64,000 nucleotides of DNA from the human T2T-CHM13v2.0 reference genome, Homo sapiens: assembly GCF_009914755.1 (NCBI RefSeq), contig NC_060936.1; one strand, written 5' to 3'. Positions 58,673-64,000 of the stretch are shown here, one piece after another. The notes below the pieces were generated by a model that was given only the letters and a program-made list of their open reading frames with translations, ran no database searches and was not told where the DNA came from. Positions within the stretch are counted from its first letter, which is position 1; each line of letters begins with the position of its first letter. Both the position numbers and the translations under genes were made by a program.

Positions 58673-59876
58673 ACAATGAGAACACATGGACACAGGAAGG
58701 GGAATATCACACTCTGGGGCCTGTTGTGGGGTGGGGGGAGCGGGGAGGGATAGCATTAGGAAATATACCTAATGCTAAATGACGAGTTAATAGGTGCAGC
58801 ACACCAGCATGGCACATGTATACATATGTAACTAACCTGCACATTGTGCACATGGACCCTAAAACTTAAAGTATAATAATAATATTAAAAAAATAATGTT
58901 TGGCTCACAAAAGAAACAAAGAAGATGTCCATTTAGTAATATGTGACAAAAAGGAAACATAGTGTCTCTGAGAGGTGACCACTGAAACATTTAGTATGTT
59001 TCCTTTCACTGTTTTTCCCCTATATATCTATTTTATATAGTTCAACTCATACTACTTTAATTCTGCTTAGTATTAAGTTGGTAGAGGGCAGGGTATGTGT
59101 GGGGTGACAGTCTATGAGAATAGACCATAGGCCACATAGCATGTCTAACAGGATAGATGATTTAGGGTGGGGTCAGACCACAGAGAACTTCAAACACCAC
59201 ACTGTTGGGGAAACATTGTGAGGTATCCTGAGGTATCCCTTAACTTGAGAAGATTGCAACATCTGTTCTGCCCCTGCTTTCTGCCTGCTGACTTGGAGGC
59301 AAGGACTCTCTAGGGTCACCTATGCAGCAATTACTTATTAAGCCATAAGCTTGTAATATTATTTGTCTGCAGGGCTTGTTATGAAATAGTTCATTCATTT
59401 ACCCTGGCACGATGGAACTGAAGATAACTCAAATAATGTTCTAGAGCAGAACTTCTATTTCTTCCAAACTACATAAACTCTGCACTTCCTTTCCTAGGAC
59501 AAATACAATATGAGAGGGTATAGTGCTGGCGTTGTTGCAGGCCCACTCAATAGCCCAATAAAACGTGCCCTAATTTTCAGCTAATTTTGTTTCTTTTGCA
59601 ATGTTCTTCAATGGAGCATTTTAAGGTTTTTCCCTCTTATAATCTGGCATAAAATAATTACCTAATAAATGGTTCTACCAAAAGCAGAGATACGTAAATG
59701 ATTAATGAAACTAGAATTTTAATGTTTTGATTTTGAAAATAATCAGATTGAAAATTCTAACTGGTTATAATTATAAAGCAATATCATATGCACCATGTTC
59801 TTTACAAATGTCAGTTGTTACATTAAAGTTGTATCTAGGAGATATATTTTGAATATAGATGTATGGTTTCATTTAA

Positions 59877-60204
<328 letters not shown>

Positions 60205-60601
60205 AGCTTGAGCATTTCTTACACTTCTAAATATATTTGGGTCAAGAGACAAACCATATTTATTATATTTGTGTAATTACTTTTCAGGAAAAGCCTGCAA
60301 GCTCTATCCTGATTACCTTCATCAATATGCAGGAAAAACAGATAGGTGCTCATAGGAGCACTTTTAAGTGAGCAATAGGAGGAAGCTACTTACTGAGATG
60401 GAGAGGCTTAAATGAATGTAATGCATGCACAGAAGCTACAGTTACTTAAAGAATAACATTTTTTGATGGTCCGAGGATACATAACATGTAATTTTTACTG
60501 ACAATTCAAGTACTTGAGACTTTAAACATCCACCTACTTTGCTGCATAATCAACTCAGTTTCATTCTTAAGCTGCAGCGTAGTTTATTATTAATATATTT
60601 C

Positions 60602-60621
60602 ATATATATATATATATATAT
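60602..60621. repeat. (TA)n microsatellite
   Basis: About 10 AT units. Confidence 0.9.
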
Positions 60622-61739
60622 CTGCAGCAGAATGGCTTTTAATTTGTTTTTCCTAGTACAGATATATTCCTTCAGTGTTTTTTTGTAATATTCTCAAATT
60701 GGCAACCAACCAGTCAATATAAAAAAACCATTACTTGAGCTGTGTTTACTCCAGGGGGTCTGAATTGCTCTAAATCCTTTCTCTAGGGTGTCTTTGAAAT
60801 CATCTTGCTATAAAATAGCTTTGATTTGATTCAAAAAATAATTCTAGTGCCAGAAACTATTAATTGCCAGGAACCTACCCATGAAAGCTCTAAGACTTTC
60901 ACAGGTATTAGAACCAACTGCAGGATAAGAGCAAGATCGACATTTAATAGTAAAATTTCACAACTATTAGTTTTACCTAGTAGTCCTTTTAGGGAGCCAT
61001 TTATCATTTCATTTTTTAATCCTGGTAAATAGAGGCAGGCTACACTCAAGAGACAGATAAAAGTGTCAGGAAGTCCAAATCCAATTGAGAAACTATGTTC
61101 AAGTCCACATGTTGCATTAAACTTAATTGCCAATACTTATCAATGAGAAAAATTATGTTGCAAGTTAGTTTTGATCATTGTAGGTTGAATCTGCAAGATC
61201 TGAGAAATTATCCTTTTTTATTTTTGTTTGATGCATCACATAATTAGGTTTAATTAAAAGGTCATCATGATTTTAAAGAATTTTGATTACAGGTATTCTA
61301 CTCTTTGAAAGAACAGACAGTGGATTTAGGAAAAATGAGTGGAAGTTATATAAAGTTGGATTTTTGTCTCAATGTAGAGAAGTATCTTCTAACAATTACA
61401 GCTGTTAAAAAAAGGAATAGACTGACTTGTAAGATAGTAAATTTCCTGAGTTTGGAAATGCCAATCAATGGCTGAGAGATGCTGTAGGTGGAACTCCTAC
61501 TTTGGAAAATCAAGCTAAATGGCTTCATGCACCCAGTGTTCCAGAAAGGCTAAGAAATATGCATAACCTTAAAAAAATTGGTTATGTACTCTGCCTCAAA
61601 TGCCCTTTTTTCTTGAACTTCTACTCTTCCATTAAGACCCAGTTTAATTGCACCCTTTCTTTTTCAACAGTGTTTTTCCTTTTGTATTTTTACAGAATTT
61701 TGATGGATACATATTAAATCGTTATTTTAAGAAATTATA

Positions 61740-62030
61740 TACTTGTTCTGTCTCTCCTGCTAGACTTTGGAGCTCTCGAAAGCAGTGCCTGCATTCTATG
61801 CGTGTTTGTATTTCTAACATCTAGCACAATGCTAGACATATCATTTGTACTTAATGGCTACTAACACAAAGCCACTGCAAATATGGTGCTAGGGCTACAC
61901 ATATTCTACAATATTTTATATACATTTTCTTGAGGTAGGTATTATTTGCATTTCATTGAGGACAAAACCGAAGCTCAAATTTTGCCAAAATTACCACTCT
62001 AAATAAGTGGCAGGAGCCCTGGAATCTGCA
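61740..62030. mobile_element. L2 3' end followed by a MIR fragment
   Basis: ctgctagactttggagctctcgaaagcag...ctagcacaatgctagacata; gaggtaggtattatt...gaggacaaaaccgaagctc. Confidence 0.6.
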
Positions 62031-62142
62031 TTTAGGCAGAAATAGTAGCTGAATTGCAATACCATTCATTATTTTCACTTCACAGGCTAGTTTCTTTAAG
62101 CTACTCTCTGATTTAAGATACTGTGAGTCTCACTTTAGGTTT

Positions 62143-62562
62143 TGATATAGTTAAGTATTTGTCCCCTCCAAATCTCTTGTTGAAATGTGATTCCCAATGT
62201 TGGAGATAAGGCTTGGTGTTAGGTGTTTTGGTCATGGTGGTGGATCCCTCATGAATGGCTTGGTGCTCTCCCCATGATAATGAGTGAATTGTCTCTGTGT
62301 GAGTCTACACAAGAGCTAGTTGTTTTAAAGAGTCTGGCACCTCATTCCCTTCTCTCTCTTGTCCCCTCTCACCATGAGATATGCTGGCTTCCTTGTTGCC
62401 TTCTGCCATGATTGTAAGCTTCCTGAGGCCTCACCAGAAGCCAAGCAGATGCTGGTGCCATGCCTGTACACCCTGTAGAACTGTGAGCCAAATAAACCTC
62501 TTTTATTTGTATATTACCCGGCCTCAGGTATTCCTTTATGGCAATGCAAATGGATTAATATA
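62143..62562 (+). mobile_element. MSTB/MSTA MaLR solo LTR
   Basis: tgatatag...tttgtcccctccaaatctc...gaagccaagcagatgctggtgccatgc...aaataaacctc. Near-TSD ggttt/gattt. Confidence 0.9.
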
Positions 62563-63789
62563 GATTTCAACTAATAAAAACTTCCAGAAACCTCATAAAT
62601 CTTCTGGGGAGATCAAGTGAAACTTGTCTGGAACAATTTGACTTTTGTATTTAATAAATGACTTACACACTGAGGACAATAATCTATTCCCTTCGATGAA
62701 GAAACTCTAATAATTCCCCTTAAAAAAGTAAACTTACTTTACATAAGAGGTGATTAGAATGCCTTTAAAAACAGTAATGTGCTCTTTTTGTATACAAGTT
62801 GAATGTTTCCTTGGAATTAGTAGAGCCTTTTAAACTTCAAATTAAATTAAGTGATTCAGGAAAGAGCTATGGTTTTATTGTAACTTTTGGAGAAGACTTG
62901 TGTAAAACTTTATACATTGGCCTAGGGAGGAAAGAAGACATGCAAAGGAGGACCTCATACACCTGTTATTCTCAGAAGATACTGGATGGCATAATGGCTT
63001 GAGAGTCAAAATGATTCTATCCTCAGCAATACAAATGTAGATCACTTTAGAAGGCCAGATTGTCCAGTTTTGATATTGCTCTTTTGGGATGGCAGGAGAA
63101 TTGAAAAGTCTTGAATGTCATACATGGTGTTTTGAAATTTATGGTTTAATATTTACAGGATTCTCATATATCCCTATTTCTTCTTTCTGTTTATCAGCAT
63201 AAACATGTAATTGCTTCAATCAATATTATTTTGGATAATGTAATTATCTTAATTTTCTCTTTGCACTCAAAGAATGCATATTCTAAACATATTTCTCTCG
63301 TGAAGTACTATTTTCATGCACTTACTTAGTAGTTGTATTTAATGAAGTTTCTATTAATTCATTCTTGGCATGGTTTACTTCCTGACTGCCTGGAAATTGC
63401 TATTACTAAAGTTTTAGGTAAATGTTCTCTGAATGCATCTAATGTAAATTGAATATTAACAACTGATACTTTTGGCTTATATTAATTCTTTTTAATTGCC
63501 ATCAGAATTGAACTGGAATGTAGACGTTAGCTCATTCTAAGCCCAGTTTTGGGGGGCTTGGAAGAAAAATTCCATGTATCACATTTTAAATGTTTCTAGT
63601 TTTCCATGCAAAACTTTAAAATGCATGTTAAATAACTTTGCTAATTATTGTGAAAAACATGTCAGTTAACCAAACTATTAAATTTCAATTATAAATGAAG
63701 TAATCCTATCTCTGCCTCTATCAGTCATCTATCTTTCCACCTATTATCTAGTGCTTTTATAAAATGACTACAAAAATGGTGCTGTATAA

Positions 63790-64000
63790 TGCTGAAGCTA
63801 GGTCACACCTGGTGATGCAACTTCCAACAAGTTCACTGAAATAGTTGCATTTAGAGCCTTGGGCTGCCATATAAGAAGTCCAACTCCTCTAAGGTTCTAG
63901 GGAAGTCAAGACACGTGGAGTAGCCATGTGGAAATAATCCTGTCCACAGCTCCAGTTGGGCTCCCAACCAATAGCCAAGGTCTGCTTTCAGCCATATGAG
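63790..64000 (+). mobile_element. MLT1 (G/H/F-like) LTR fragment running off the window
   Basis: gaagctaggtca...gagccttgggctgccatataagaagtccaact...agccatgtgg. Confidence 0.55.

Noticed and set aside
60831-61133. 100-aa minus-strand ORF in unique DNA
   Set aside because: Non-ATG start, no recognisable motif, and a length expected by chance in 64 kb.

Overview
Primate, most likely hominoid, genomic DNA: AluY, LTR12/ERV9 and a full-length L1PA3/4-type LINE-1 are present. The window is dominated by nested transposable elements: three near- or full-length L1s (about 19.7-26.2 kb minus, 42.3-48.8 kb minus, 52.7-58.9 kb plus), several older L1M/L1MA/L1PB pieces, about a dozen Alus, solo LTRs (ERV1, ERVL, MaLR), DNA transposon MITEs, L2 and MIR. 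I recognise no host protein-coding exon, RNA gene or CRISPR array. The ORF track is explained by L1 ORF0/ORF1/ORF2 remnants, Alu/LTR frames or chance. Subfamily names come from recalled diagnostic sequence, not from a RepeatMasker run. The most notable observations are: (1) an intact L1 ORF0 whose second splice donor joins in frame to a well-formed cryptic exon just outside the L1; (2) an LTR12 promoter inserted in an L1PA7 5'UTR, upstream of a perfect splice donor and an ORF0-homologous frame; (3) a tail-less young L1 patch that bridges a deletion between two older elements; and (4) short templated insertions and breakpoints that cluster on the same ~85 nt of L1 ORF2 in four different copies. 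All transcription claims are hypotheses. No novel biological system is demonstrated by the sequence alone.
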